Counted from the stretch's first letter, positions 40,428 to 50,467 are shown. The stretch: 64,000 nucleotides of DNA from a bacterium (GCA_023267535.1 JAHFNC010000003.1:75653-139652), one strand, 5' to 3'. Made by a program: numbers and translations. The notes: generated from the sequence alone by a model not told the origin.

Positions 40428-41638
40428 TGAAGAAAATTCTTAATTTTTTTATTAACGACGTAGAGCGAGAGCAGTGGAAAAGTAATCTTTTTATCTTCCG
40501 AGTCGAGGTGAGAAGCGACCAAAGAAGCTTCGCAAGATTCGGAGGCAGGCGTGCCGAGAATGGGGTCGGCAAAAATTTTTTGCTAAAAATTATTTGTGAC
40601 TTAAAAAGAATTGCAATACCGCGGAGTCTGCTCTCTATTTGTACAAGCAAATCGAGTTCTATTAAACACCTCGTCAACTTGCTGCGAATATCCTTTATTT
40701 TATTTATTATTTTAACTCCTGTAACTCACGCCGAATTTACAGGCACTATTAATATAGATCCACCAAACCCAAGCACTTATCAAGCGGTAACTGCTACTCT
40801 ACAAAGTTTTAGTTTTAATGTTGATAATTCTCTTATTACTTGGTATCTAGATAATAAACTTATTGTTTCAGAAATTGGTAAAAAACAAATTTCTTTGACA
40901 ACAAAAGGAATAGGGCAAACAACCACAATAAAAGTACAAGCTAAAATGGCAGATGGAAATGTTTTTGAAGCCTCAATGACACTTGCTCCTCAGTCAGTTG
41001 ATTTATCTTGGGAGGCTACCGAAGGATATGTTCCACCTTTTTATGAAGGTAAGGCTATGCCGGGGGAATCATCTCAGATAAAGGTGGTGGCTGTTCCCTC
41101 TTTTTCTTCAAGTGGAAAACCGATAGCTCCGGAGAATCTTTCTTATGAGTGGTTTGTAGATGATGGAAAATTAGAAGATCAGTCAGGGCGCGGGAAAAAC
41201 GTAGCTTTTTTAAATCTTGATTACTTATCAAATGATAATGTCATCAGAGTTGATGTAACCTCTGACGATGGTTCAACTGCTGAAAACACAGTGACGATAT
41301 CTCCTTATAAACTTGATCCAATATTTTATTTTAATGACCCAATACTTGGTCCCGACTTTAGTAAAGCCATTGAAGACAGATTTGAAACCACAAAAGAGTT
41401 TTCACTGGCTCTTGTTCCTTATGGTTTGTCATCCTCTAATAACATTAAAGATTACTCTTCTTTTTCTTGGTCGCTGGATGGATTACCTATTGATACTCCA
41501 GCTGATAATGTTTTATCATTAAGACCAACAGATAATAGCTATGGATCGAAATCATTATCGGTTAATATAGAAAACACAAAAAGAATGTTACAGAAGGGAG
41601 TTGCATCTTTGCAAATAGTGTTTGATACTAGAAACTAA
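40424..41638 (+). CDS. Secreted Ig-like beta protein whose signal peptide is split by an in-frame insertion
   Basis: Beta-rich repeats (ITWYLD, YEWFVD, FSWSLD); the N-terminus contains an 82-codon insert. Confidence 0.8.
   Translation: MMKKILNFFINDVEREQWKSNLFIFRVEVRSDQRSFARFGGRRAENGVGKNFLLKIICDLKRIAIPRSLLSICTSKSSSIKHLVNLLRISFILFIILTPVTHAEFTGTINIDPPNPSTYQAVTATLQSFSFNVDNSLITWYLDNKLIVSEIGKKQISLTTKGIGQTTTIKVQAKMADGNVFEASMTLAPQSVDLSWEATEGYVPPFYEGKAMPGESSQIKVVAVPSFSSSGKPIAPENLSYEWFVDDGKLEDQSGRGKNVAFLNLDYLSNDNVIRVDVTSDDGSTAENTVTISPYKLDPIFYFNDPILGPDFSKAIEDRFETTKEFSLALVPYGLSSSNNIKDYSSFSWSLDGLPIDTPADNVLSLRPTDNSYGSKSLSVNIENTKRMLQKGVASLQIVFDTRN
40448..40699. mobile_element. 246-bp structured non-autonomous insertion with TTTATT direct repeat
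   Basis: TTTATT at 40448 and 40694; nested hairpins; both ends match 48239-48307. Confidence 0.7.
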
Positions 41639-41639
41639 T

Positions 41640-42566
41640 ATGGCTACATACCAATTACTTGAACCATCATTACCAGCAACCGTTGGAACTGGCGCCAACC
41701 TATCTTTTAACACAGCGGGTGTTAATTCTGTCTCTGGTGCTTTTTCATTATTATTCAGTATTGGAATTATTGCTTGCTTAATAGCTTCAGGTGGAGTTTT
41801 TTTATTTTCCGGATTTCTTAGACTAACAGCTACGGGGCCGGGGGATGTTGGTAAATCAAACGAAGGATTAAAGAGGGCGTCATATGGACTAATTGGAGTT
41901 CTATTAATGTATTTAATATTAAATGAAATAAATCCAAATTTATTAAAAGACGGAATAGTGTTGCCAGCAATAACTGGCTTCGGTGGAACAGTTCAAACAA
42001 ATCCGGCAAATACAAATAGTGGTGGTGTTAGTGCTAAAAATCTCCAACTATATCAAGAAATGGCAATTACTGAGAATGGCGTCCGAAATGCATTAAGTGG
42101 TGTTGGCATTCAAATTAATAGACCAAATGCCTGTGTGACAAATGGAACTAATGGTCCTCAAACAGTTGCTTCCGGTTGCACTAGTGTCGGAGGAATGAGT
42201 GGTAGTATGGTAAATGACTTAATTTTGTTAAATGCTCAGTGTAAGACCTTTATGAAAACAGATTGTCATATAGTAATAACAGGGGGGACAGAGTGGTGGT
42301 TACATGGTGGAGGAGTGGTTGATGTTGATACAAATAAATCATTACATAAACCTGCCTCTGCTGGAGGACATGCGGTAGATTTTAGTATGGGAGCCAATAA
42401 AACTACTGACCCTTTATATTTATTTGTAACTACAAATAGAGCAAACTTTACACCCCTTCCTTCAGACAACTGTTGTTCTTCTAAATATCAGTACGGACGT
42501 GGTTATATTTTTTGTGATGAACTCCCAAGCTGTGGTGGCACTGGCGCACACTGGCATGTTCAGTAA
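41640..42566 (+). CDS. VirB2/TrbC pilin-like domain fused to an M15-like Zn peptidase domain
   Basis: Two-TM hairpin ending YLILNEINPNLL; C-terminal ITGGTE, H...GHAVDF...HWHV. Start ATG 41640. Confidence 0.7.
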   Translation: MATYQLLEPSLPATVGTGANLSFNTAGVNSVSGAFSLLFSIGIIACLIASGGVFLFSGFLRLTATGPGDVGKSNEGLKRASYGLIGVLLMYLILNEINPNLLKDGIVLPAITGFGGTVQTNPANTNSGGVSAKNLQLYQEMAITENGVRNALSGVGIQINRPNACVTNGTNGPQTVASGCTSVGGMSGSMVNDLILLNAQCKTFMKTDCHIVITGGTEWWLHGGGVVDVDTNKSLHKPASAGGHAVDFSMGANKTTDPLYLFVTTNRANFTPLPSDNCCSSKYQYGRGYIFCDELPSCGGTGAHWHVQ

Positions 42567-42598
42567 ATATTAATATTGTATTGTATAATTAATTAATA

Positions 42599-43900
42599 AT
42601 GAATCGTCGGCTTTTTATAATTTTATTTGCGGTTGCCTCTATAATAGGAGTATCTATTATAGTTTGGTACTTCTTTTTCAAGACAAATACCGGTAGCTTA
42701 CTTTTTGGAACACCAACCAATCCGTTTGGTAAAACTCCACCATCACTTCGTGGTTCAGAATTTGTTAATGGAAATAACGGTTACGGTACAAGCTCTCAAA
42801 CAGAAAGAACTCTCGGCGCTGACAGAACGTTAGTAAAAGTTTGGGATAGACCCACTGCTGGATTTTCTTTTATAGAAAAAGAATTTATAACAACTTCTAC
42901 AACAACTGATAAACAAGGGAAGGTGATAACTGTTCAGAAAAAAGCGACTTCAACGGAAATGCTTTTCGCCGACAGAACTACTGGTTATATTTATGACTAC
43001 GATATAAAAAATCAGAATATATATCAAATAACTAATACTCTAACTGCCGGAATATATGATATTTATTTTTTCAATAATGGAAAGTCAGCCATTATCCGCT
43101 ATTTAAGCGATGATAAAAAAACAATCATCTCTAATCTAGTTCAAATACCAACAGTCTCAGCAAGCAGTTCTCCACAAGAAATAAAAACAAATGTTTATTT
43201 ACCAAATAATATTATTTCTATCACTCCAAATTATAATTCCACTGAACTTTCTTATTTAGTAAAAACAAGTAGTGGTAGTAATTTATATACCCTAACAACT
43301 AAAGGTTCTAAACTAATAAAATCTTTTCAGTTATCAGAATTAAATGTTCTGTATGATAAAAATAATTTGTATGTTTATAACAAGCCTTCAATTTATGCTC
43401 TCGGATTTTTGTATGATGTTAAAAATAATGAAAATATATTAAGTAAAACTGTGGCCTTATCTCCGCTTGTCTCGCACAACGGTCAAAATGTTATGGGAAG
43501 TTTTTGGTCAGAGTCTAGTTCTAATAATTTTATGTTTAATAAAAGTACCGCTTCAATGAGAAGTCTCTCTATTTACACCCCAGAGGAAAAATGTGTCTGG
43601 AATAACAAAGATACTTTTGTATTATGTGGAGTAACTCCGGTTATTTTCAACAAAAAAGAAGGACTTCCTGATGATTGGTATAAGGGGCGAGTTTCTTTTG
43701 ATGATAGTATTTATATGATTGATAATGTTGGCAAAAGAGAATACGACTTCTTTGATTTTACAGCTGAGACAAGTGACAAAATAGATTTAACTAAACCAAA
43801 GATATCAAACAATGATGAACTTCTGGGATTTATAAATAAGAAGGATGGTTCGTTCTGGATGTTTAAAGTGAAGAAAACTTTAGATAATGTTTACGATTAA
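42599..43900 (+). CDS. Membrane-anchored beta-propeller-like protein
   Basis: N-terminal TM, beta-rich repeats, LPDDWYKG motif. Confidence 0.78.
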   Translation: MNRRLFIILFAVASIIGVSIIVWYFFFKTNTGSLLFGTPTNPFGKTPPSLRGSEFVNGNNGYGTSSQTERTLGADRTLVKVWDRPTAGFSFIEKEFITTSTTTDKQGKVITVQKKATSTEMLFADRTTGYIYDYDIKNQNIYQITNTLTAGIYDIYFFNNGKSAIIRYLSDDKKTIISNLVQIPTVSASSSPQEIKTNVYLPNNIISITPNYNSTELSYLVKTSSGSNLYTLTTKGSKLIKSFQLSELNVLYDKNNLYVYNKPSIYALGFLYDVKNNENILSKTVALSPLVSHNGQNVMGSFWSESSSNNFMFNKSTASMRSLSIYTPEEKCVWNNKDTFVLCGVTPVIFNKKEGLPDDWYKGRVSFDDSIYMIDNVGKREYDFFDFTAETSDKIDLTKPKISNNDELLGFINKKDGSFWMFKVKKTLDNVYD

Positions 43901-44617
43901 TTAAGCTCTGTTTAAATTTTTAATATGACTCTTAATATAAACATCTTGTAAGAAAGTAATAATATTATTTGTTACCCAATAAAGTCCTAAAGCAGCTGGA
44001 AGTGCTGTCGCTGATAATCCAACAACTACAGGTAACACATAAAGTAATTGTATTCTCATTGATTTCATAAAATGATCTTGGAAGGATTCATCTCCTCCCT
44101 TCTTGGCGCTCATTGATTGAGTTTGTCTTCTAGCTAAGAAAAAAGATGAGAGTCCAGTTATAATTCCAATGACTAGACTTCTTTTAGTAACATCCAGTAG
44201 ACCAAAAGCCTCCGTGTGTAATACGGCAGGAAAGGTTACAAAATTATAAATTGAGTTAGGGTCATTAAACATTCCTTTAGAAAAAACGAAGTACAGAGCA
44301 AAAAATATTGGGATTTGAATAATCATTACAAATAATGATGATAATGGATTAATTTTTTCTCTCTTGTAAACTTCCATTATTTTAAGGGACAATTCTTGTT
44401 GATTGTGTTTATGATTTTCCTTTAGAACTTTTATTTCTTCATCTAATGCCTTCATTAAATACTGGCTCTTTGTTGCTCTTAGGTTTAAAGGAAGTAGTAC
44501 GAGCTTCACAACCACTGTAACCATAATAATAGAGGCCCCAATGTCGTGCAGGGGAATTATATTTAAAAATATAACTAGCAGATTATATATTGGTTTGTAG
44601 AAAATAAGATGAAACAT
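43901..44617 (-). CDS. yidC: Membrane protein insertase YidC
   Basis: KLVLLPL, INPLSS, IQIPIFFALY, LGLYWV; synteny with rnpA and rpmH. Confidence 0.95.
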   Translation of the reverse strand: MFHLIFYKPIYNLLVIFLNIIPLHDIGASIIMVTVVVKLVLLPLNLRATKSQYLMKALDEEIKVLKENHKHNQQELSLKIMEVYKREKINPLSSLFVMIIQIPIFFALYFVFSKGMFNDPNSIYNFVTFPAVLHTEAFGLLDVTKRSLVIGIITGLSSFFLARRQTQSMSAKKGGDESFQDHFMKSMRIQLLYVLPVVVGLSATALPAALGLYWVTNNIITFLQDVYIKSHIKNLNRA

Positions 44618-44618
44618 A

Positions 44619-44933
44619 TTATAAAATATTTTTTAACTCACTATTCAGATTATCATATTTGGTGTATAAAACCTCTCTTTTTGGATAAATTATATAGAAA
44701 TTCGGTTTAAGTTCATTTTTATGTTCCATAAACAAATTATAGATTTTCCTCTTCATTTTATTTCTGTCTACCGCTCTTTTAGCCGTTTTTTTGGAAACCA
44801 CACAAGAAACCTTAAAAGAAGGTAACCCTTCTTTTTCAATAATAGAAATATCAAAAAAAGACCCTCTTATAATCTTTTTTTTAGATATTAAAGAGAAATC
44901 CTTCTTAGAAAGCCGATTTTTCTTTGGTGGCAT
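44619..44933 (-). CDS. rnpA: RNase P protein
   Basis: RLSKKDF, VSKKTAKRAVDRNKMKR. Confidence 0.93.
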   Translation of the reverse strand: MPPKKNRLSKKDFSLISKKKIIRGSFFDISIIEKEGLPSFKVSCVVSKKTAKRAVDRNKMKRKIYNLFMEHKNELKPNFYIIYPKREVLYTKYDNLNSELKNIL

Positions 44934-44936
44934 AGA

Positions 44937-45071
44937 TTATACCGATAATTTCTTTCTTCCTCTACTTCTTCTATTAGCAATTATCTTTTTTCCAGATTTA
45001 GTTGACATACGAACTAAAAATCCGTGTGTTGTTCCTCTCTTTTTTCTTTTAGGTTGATATGTTTGTGACAT
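44937..45071 (-). CDS. rpmH: 50S ribosomal protein L34
   Basis: Manual translation MSQTYQPKRKKRGTTHGFLVRMSTKSGKKIIANRRSRGRKKLSV; shorter than any ORF in the track. Confidence 0.97.
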   Translation of the reverse strand: MSQTYQPKRKKRGTTHGFLVRMSTKSGKKIIANRRSRGRKKLSV

Positions 45072-45201
45072 AAACGATATTCTATATCATAAAGACATAT
45101 AAATCAACTTCTGTTTTTTATGTGTCTTTAAGTAATTTAACCCTATTACTACTTAAATGTCTCATGTCTAGTTGAAGAGTTTTGGGGGAGGAGTATACTA
45201 G

Positions 45202-46545
45202 ATGACTATGGATTACCAACAACTTTGGAGTACAGCTTTATCTCAGATAGAAATTGAATTATCTAGGGTCAATTTTAATACTTGGTTCAAAAATACAAAA
45301 ATAATTGACTATAAAGAGGGAGAGGTGGTGATTGGCGTTCCGAATGAATTTGTTAAAGATTGGTTAAATCAAAAATATCATAAATTTATTTTAAGAATAC
45401 TTAGAACAGTTTATGACGGCGTCCGATCAATAAGCTTTTCTGTTGTTAAATTAGAAACACTTAATAAAAAAGTTCAGAACATCACTATCCCCGGACAAAC
45501 TCTTCCACTTAATGATTTATATATTAATAAAGACGACGGATTAAATCCAAGATACACCTTTGATAATTTTATTGTTGGATCTTTCAACGATGTAGCGTTT
45601 GCCGCTTCACAAGCAATAATAAATAATTTAGGCATTCTTTATAATCCATTATTTATTTATGGAAACACTGGGCTTGGAAAAACTCACTTGATACAAGCGG
45701 TTGGAAATACTGTTAAGAAAAAATATCCAGATAGAAAAATTTTTTATACATCTCTTGAAAAGTTTTATATGGATTATGTTAATGCTACTAATTTAAATAA
45801 AATAAATAGTTTCAAAGAAAAGTATAGAAAATATGATGTTTTTATAATGGATGACATACAATTCATAAATGGAAAAGAGAGAACTCAAGATGAATTATTC
45901 CATTTATTTAATTCATTATATGAGATGAATAAACAAATAATCTTTTCGTCAGATAAACATCCTAATTTTATTATTGGTTTGGAAGATAGATTAAGATCTC
46001 GTTTTAATCAAGGAATGATAATTGATGTTAATATTCCTTCTTTTGAATCTCGTTTTGCTATTTTAAAATCAAAAACAAAAGATTTCTCAGATAAGATTAC
46101 AGATGAGGTTTTGGAATATGTTGCTGAAAATGTTCAAGGAAATATTCGTGAGCTTGAGGGTGTTACAAATTCTTTAATTGCTAGTATTCAATTAAAACAA
46201 CAAGTTTTGTCATTACAAGAAATAAAAACTCTTCTAAAGAATAATATTAAAATAAAGAAAAATGTTTCTGTTCCTGAGATAGTTAAAATAATTTCTGATT
46301 ATTATAATATTCCCGATTCTTATGTTTATAATAAAACTAGAAGAAAAGATGTTGTTAAGCCTCGTCAAATAGTAATGTATATCTTGCGAGAAGATTTTGA
46401 TATTTCTTATCCAGTAATTGGAGATAGATTAGGGGGGAGAGATCACACCACCGTTATTCACTCTTATGAAAAAATAAAAGAATGTCTTAAAAAAGACCCT
46501 CATCTAAATAAGGAGATTGAGGATATTAGAGCAATTCTTTCATAA
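45202..46545 (+). CDS. dnaA: Replication initiator DnaA
   Basis: YTFDNF, GNTGLGKTHL, DDIQF, RELEG, GGRDHTTVIH. Confidence 0.98.
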   Translation: MTMDYQQLWSTALSQIEIELSRVNFNTWFKNTKIIDYKEGEVVIGVPNEFVKDWLNQKYHKFILRILRTVYDGVRSISFSVVKLETLNKKVQNITIPGQTLPLNDLYINKDDGLNPRYTFDNFIVGSFNDVAFAASQAIINNLGILYNPLFIYGNTGLGKTHLIQAVGNTVKKKYPDRKIFYTSLEKFYMDYVNATNLNKINSFKEKYRKYDVFIMDDIQFINGKERTQDELFHLFNSLYEMNKQIIFSSDKHPNFIIGLEDRLRSRFNQGMIIDVNIPSFESRFAILKSKTKDFSDKITDEVLEYVAENVQGNIRELEGVTNSLIASIQLKQQVLSLQEIKTLLKNNIKIKKNVSVPEIVKIISDYYNIPDSYVYNKTRRKDVVKPRQIVMYILREDFDISYPVIGDRLGGRDHTTVIHSYEKIKECLKKDPHLNKEIEDIRAILS

Positions 46546-46589
46546 TTAAAAGCACTAAAAATAAAATTTAGTGCTTTTAATTTGTTTTA

Positions 46590-46815
46590 CATATGTGAAT
46601 TACTTGTTAAGAACTATGTTGATAAGTTTAAATATAGCTGTTAATAATCCTAGATTAGTTTAGTGGTAATTTTTAAAGTCTGTATTTTTGTACACAAACC
46701 TAATTAAACTTTTAGTTATTAAATAAAATGGTTTCTAAATAAAACCTTATATAGTAAAGACTTTTTAGCTATCAACACTATTAACACTCTTATCATTATT
46801 ATCATATTTTATATA
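46590..46815. other. Probable oriC
   Basis: dnaA-dnaN spacer with degenerate boxes (46594, 46605, 46617, 46639, 46769, 46778) followed by trio-like TATCATTATTATCAT. Confidence 0.7.
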
Positions 46816-46869
46816 TAGTAATAAGAGAAAAATGTGAGGATAAAAGATTTGTAGTATAATTTATGAACT

Positions 46870-47961
46870 ATGAGATTTGAATGTAAGGGAGAAAACTTTT
46901 CTAATGTAATCCAGCAAGTGTCAAGAGCTAGAAGTAAAACCCAATCCCAAAACTACCTACAAGATGTGTTTCTAAATTTAGAAGATCACATCTTAACCTT
47001 GAGAGCTACTAATTTAGAAATTACCTGCGAAAAAAGTTTTTCCGTCAAAGGTATACAAAACGGTAGTTGTATTTTAAAAGGAGACACTTTGGTAAAAATA
47101 ATTCCATTACTTAAGAGGGAGAACACTGTTTTCTTTTGTGAATTAATCGATGGGGTTTTTTCTATTAAAACCGAAAAAGATATTGTTGAAATAAAAACAA
47201 CACCTTATGAAGACTTCCCAACATTACCACCACAAGGGGAATTAATTGGGAGTATTTCAATATTATCTTTATCAACTCTTTTAAGAGAAGTTTCTTTTTG
47301 TTCAGCTACTACAGAAATTAAACCAGAGATATCATCAATCTTTATATATTCAAAAGAAAAAGATTTGATTTCAGTAGCAACCGACTCATATAGATTGGCG
47401 GAAAAGGTTGTTAATAATGAAAATAATTTAAATATTTCGGTTTTAATACCACAGAAATACGTAGTTGATATTTTAAGTATTCTAAATGATGAAGAAGGTG
47501 AGATTTCTATATACAAAAAAGATGGGTTATTAACATTATCAAACAGTAATTTAAATCTTTGTATTCATATAATTACAGGAAACTTTCCAGATTACAGACA
47601 ATTATTTCCAAAAGAATTTTCAACAACTTGTTTGATTGATAAAGAAGAGTTACAGAAATCATTAACATTAACAACTTATTTCACAGAACAATATTCTCAA
47701 GTCAAATGTATTGTGAATGACAACAACGTTACCTTAAGTAGTAAAAATGAAAATATTGGTCAGGTTATTAATACAATCAAAACTGAAAAAGAGGGTGCTG
47801 ATATAGAAGTTAATTATAATAATAAATATTTCCTAGATGTCTTTTCTCATATAAACGGAAATAAAATAAAATTATCTTTTACTACAGCTAATAAACCAGT
47901 ATTTATGGAAGGCAATAATGATATTAGTTTTACATATCTTTTAATGCCCCTTAACAGATAA
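46870..47961 (+). CDS. dnaN: DNA polymerase III beta clamp
   Basis: RATNLE, VATDSYRLA, FPDY, YLLMPL. Confidence 0.96.
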   Translation: MRFECKGENFSNVIQQVSRARSKTQSQNYLQDVFLNLEDHILTLRATNLEITCEKSFSVKGIQNGSCILKGDTLVKIIPLLKRENTVFFCELIDGVFSIKTEKDIVEIKTTPYEDFPTLPPQGELIGSISILSLSTLLREVSFCSATTEIKPEISSIFIYSKEKDLISVATDSYRLAEKVVNNENNLNISVLIPQKYVVDILSILNDEEGEISIYKKDGLLTLSNSNLNLCIHIITGNFPDYRQLFPKEFSTTCLIDKEELQKSLTLTTYFTEQYSQVKCIVNDNNVTLSSKNENIGQVINTIKTEKEGADIEVNYNNKYFLDVFSHINGNKIKLSFTTANKPVFMEGNNDISFTYLLMPLNR

Positions 47962-48006
47962 ATAACACATCTAGTAGGTTAATATTTTTTGCTGTATTAT
48001 TTAGAT

Positions 48007-48243
48007 ATGGATGATTCTTTATTTTCTAAATATAAGAAAAAAATAGACGAATACAGTAATTTAAAGAGGTTTTTAATTGAGACTGTTGAAACTGAGACTG
48101 GTTTAAAATTAGAAGAAGATGAAATAAATATTTTAGATAAAGATATAAGGTTAAATATATCCTCCACTAAGAGGGCATTTATTTTTAAATCTAAACTAAG
48201 AGACGCTTTAAAAGAGAAAGGGTTTAATCTATTGAGTTATTAA
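48007..48243 (+). CDS. Small hypothetical protein downstream of dnaN (possibly DciA-like)
   Basis: 78-aa ORF from ATG 48007; the family is guessed from position only. Confidence 0.6.
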   Translation: MDDSLFSKYKKKIDEYSNLKRFLIETVETETGLKLEEDEINILDKDIRLNISSTKRAFIFKSKLRDALKEKGFNLLSY

Positions 48244-48307
48244 CGATGTAAAGCGAGAGAAGAGAAAAAGGTTTAATATCTCGTCAGCTTGCTGTGAGGA
48301 ACCTTTA
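48239..48307. repeat. Internally deleted copy of the 40448 element
   Basis: ATTAACGATGTAAAGCGAGAG (19/21 to the left end) joined to ...TCGTCAGCTTGCTGTGAGGAACCTTTA (right end). Confidence 0.75.
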
Positions 48308-50467
48308 CTAATTCGTAGTGGTAGCTGTTATAGGGGTTATTAATTGAGGTTGTTGATTGGCGCAATTTATACCATTCTTTTTTATCCAATTTTGTATTCC
48401 TGTCTCCCAAAGATTATATTGAGGGTCAGATTCTGGATTATTTGGGATAGGACCGTCCGGATTATTCTTATCTACATATTTTAGTATTGTGTGTATGCCG
48501 TCCCCATTGCAATACATTCCCCGTAAAATAGGCTTCTGTGATGTGTTTGGGTCAGGATCAGGAAAATACTCAACTGGCTTATCTTGTAGCGCTGTGGCCA
48601 TTGCTTTGTGCCAAACTGGAGCCAAGACAAAACCAGCCACCTTTTTATCAATTGGGGTATTGTCATTATTTCCTCCCCACATTCCAATAACAATAGATGG
48701 GGTATAACCCATAACCCAAACATCGCGATAATCATTTGTGGTTCCTGTTTTAACAGCTACAGGTATATCTTTAAAATACAAGGCTGAGTTTGCTCCATAT
48801 GAAGGTATTCTAGCGTTATCGTCAGACAAAACACTTGAAATAAGAGATGTAACATTTGGAGATAAAACATCGGTTTGATTTTGACTAAACTTTTCTAATA
48901 AATTATTATCGCCATCTCTAACTTCCAAAATCCCAACCGGCTTATTATAAGAACCATTATTTGCAAAAACTCCGTAAGCATTTGTTAATTCAAGTAAGGT
49001 TACTTCACCTCCACCTAAAACAAGAGATAGTCCATAACGAGATGGATCGTTAATCGTTGATAATCCCATTTTTTGGGCTAAATCAATAGCATTATTTATA
49101 CCAACAAGATAAAGAAGTTTAACGGATGGAACGTTTAAAGATTGGGCAAGGGCTTCACGCAGAGATACCGGTCCTCTAAATTTACCATCATAATTATCTG
49201 GCATATAACAATCATCAGTTTTTGCACCGGCAAGGGGAGTGCCGTATGCGTCACATCTAGAACTAAACTGTGTCTGAGAATCAAACAAAACAGTCTCAGG
49301 TGTATAACCCAATTCAAAAGCCTTGGAATAAACTATTGGCTTAAAGGATGATCCTGGTTGGCGGTCAGCGGTTGCAATATTATATTGTCCTGGAATTTCG
49401 GTATCAAAAAAATCACGCGACCCGACCATGGAAAGAATTTGTCCATTGTGAGGGTCTATTGCGACTAAAGCCATGTTCTTGGCATTGAATTTTTTCTCAT
49501 TTTCCAAGGCTCCAGTTTTTACTATGTCTTCTAATTTACTTTGCATATCATAGTCCAATGTAGATATAACTTTAAGTCCACCATTTAGAACTACATCTTT
49601 ACCATATTTTTCTTCTAAATATTCTCTTAAGTACATAACAAAATGAAGAGCCTTTCCGTGACCACTGTTGTCTTCTGAGAAAGCTACCACCTCTTTCTGA
49701 GCTTGTTCTTTTTCTGTCGCTGTTATATAACCTTGCTCGAACATTTTTTGTAATACTAAATTCTTTCTTTGATCAAGAGCAGTTCTGTGTTTTCCGTAAG
49801 GGGAATAATAAGTAGGGGATTGTGGAAGGGAGGCGAGATAAGCGGCTTCGGCAATATCTACATCTTTAGCATGCTTTCCGAAATAGGTTAGAGCTGCCTC
49901 CTCAACACCGTAAACAGTTCCACCATAAGGACTTTCATTTAAATAAATTTGAAGAATTGTATTCTTATCAACCTGAGAATCTAATTTTATTGATAGTAGT
50001 ATTTCTTTTAATTTTCTGGTGACGGTTTTTTCTCTAGACAGAAGGGCGTTTTTTACAACTTGTTGATCAATAGTTGATCCACCTTGGGAATAGCCACCAG
50101 AAGTTAGGTTCGCAATCACCGCCCTTATGAAAGAAGTTGGTCTAAATCCATGATGTTCATAAAAATGAATATCTTCTATAGAAATTGTGGCTTGTCTTAT
50201 GTAAGGGCTAATTTCATCAAAAGGTATTTCTGTTCTTTTTATATTGTCATGAATATTATATAGGACTATTTTTCCAGTTCTATCATAGATTTTTGTTGAG
50301 TTTGAAATCGATCTATTTTCGAAGTTATTAAAATCTGGCAACTGTAATGTTGATGCCCAAATTACTAAAACGGCAGCCATAAGAACACCTAATGAGAATA
50401 GGACTAAAAATATTTCTTTAAAGATTTTTCTTTTAATGTGATGTTTTCGGCTAGAGACATTTGTCAT
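48308..50467 (-). CDS. Class A penicillin-binding protein
   Basis: EDIHFYEH, GGSTIDQQ, RKLKE; SSFK, SLN, KTG. Confidence 0.95.
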   Translation of the reverse strand: MTNVSSRKHHIKRKIFKEIFLVLFSLGVLMAAVLVIWASTLQLPDFNNFENRSISNSTKIYDRTGKIVLYNIHDNIKRTEIPFDEISPYIRQATISIEDIHFYEHHGFRPTSFIRAVIANLTSGGYSQGGSTIDQQVVKNALLSREKTVTRKLKEILLSIKLDSQVDKNTILQIYLNESPYGGTVYGVEEAALTYFGKHAKDVDIAEAAYLASLPQSPTYYSPYGKHRTALDQRKNLVLQKMFEQGYITATEKEQAQKEVVAFSEDNSGHGKALHFVMYLREYLEEKYGKDVVLNGGLKVISTLDYDMQSKLEDIVKTGALENEKKFNAKNMALVAIDPHNGQILSMVGSRDFFDTEIPGQYNIATADRQPGSSFKPIVYSKAFELGYTPETVLFDSQTQFSSRCDAYGTPLAGAKTDDCYMPDNYDGKFRGPVSLREALAQSLNVPSVKLLYLVGINNAIDLAQKMGLSTINDPSRYGLSLVLGGGEVTLLELTNAYGVFANNGSYNKPVGILEVRDGDNNLLEKFSQNQTDVLSPNVTSLISSVLSDDNARIPSYGANSALYFKDIPVAVKTGTTNDYRDVWVMGYTPSIVIGMWGGNNDNTPIDKKVAGFVLAPVWHKAMATALQDKPVEYFPDPDPNTSQKPILRGMYCNGDGIHTILKYVDKNNPDGPIPNNPESDPQYNLWETGIQNWIKKNGINCANQQPQLITPITATTTN

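Noticed and set aside
40448..40699. Group I/II intron or intein
   Set aside because: No GUGYG start or domain V, no group I core recognised, and no intein C/S...HN motifs.
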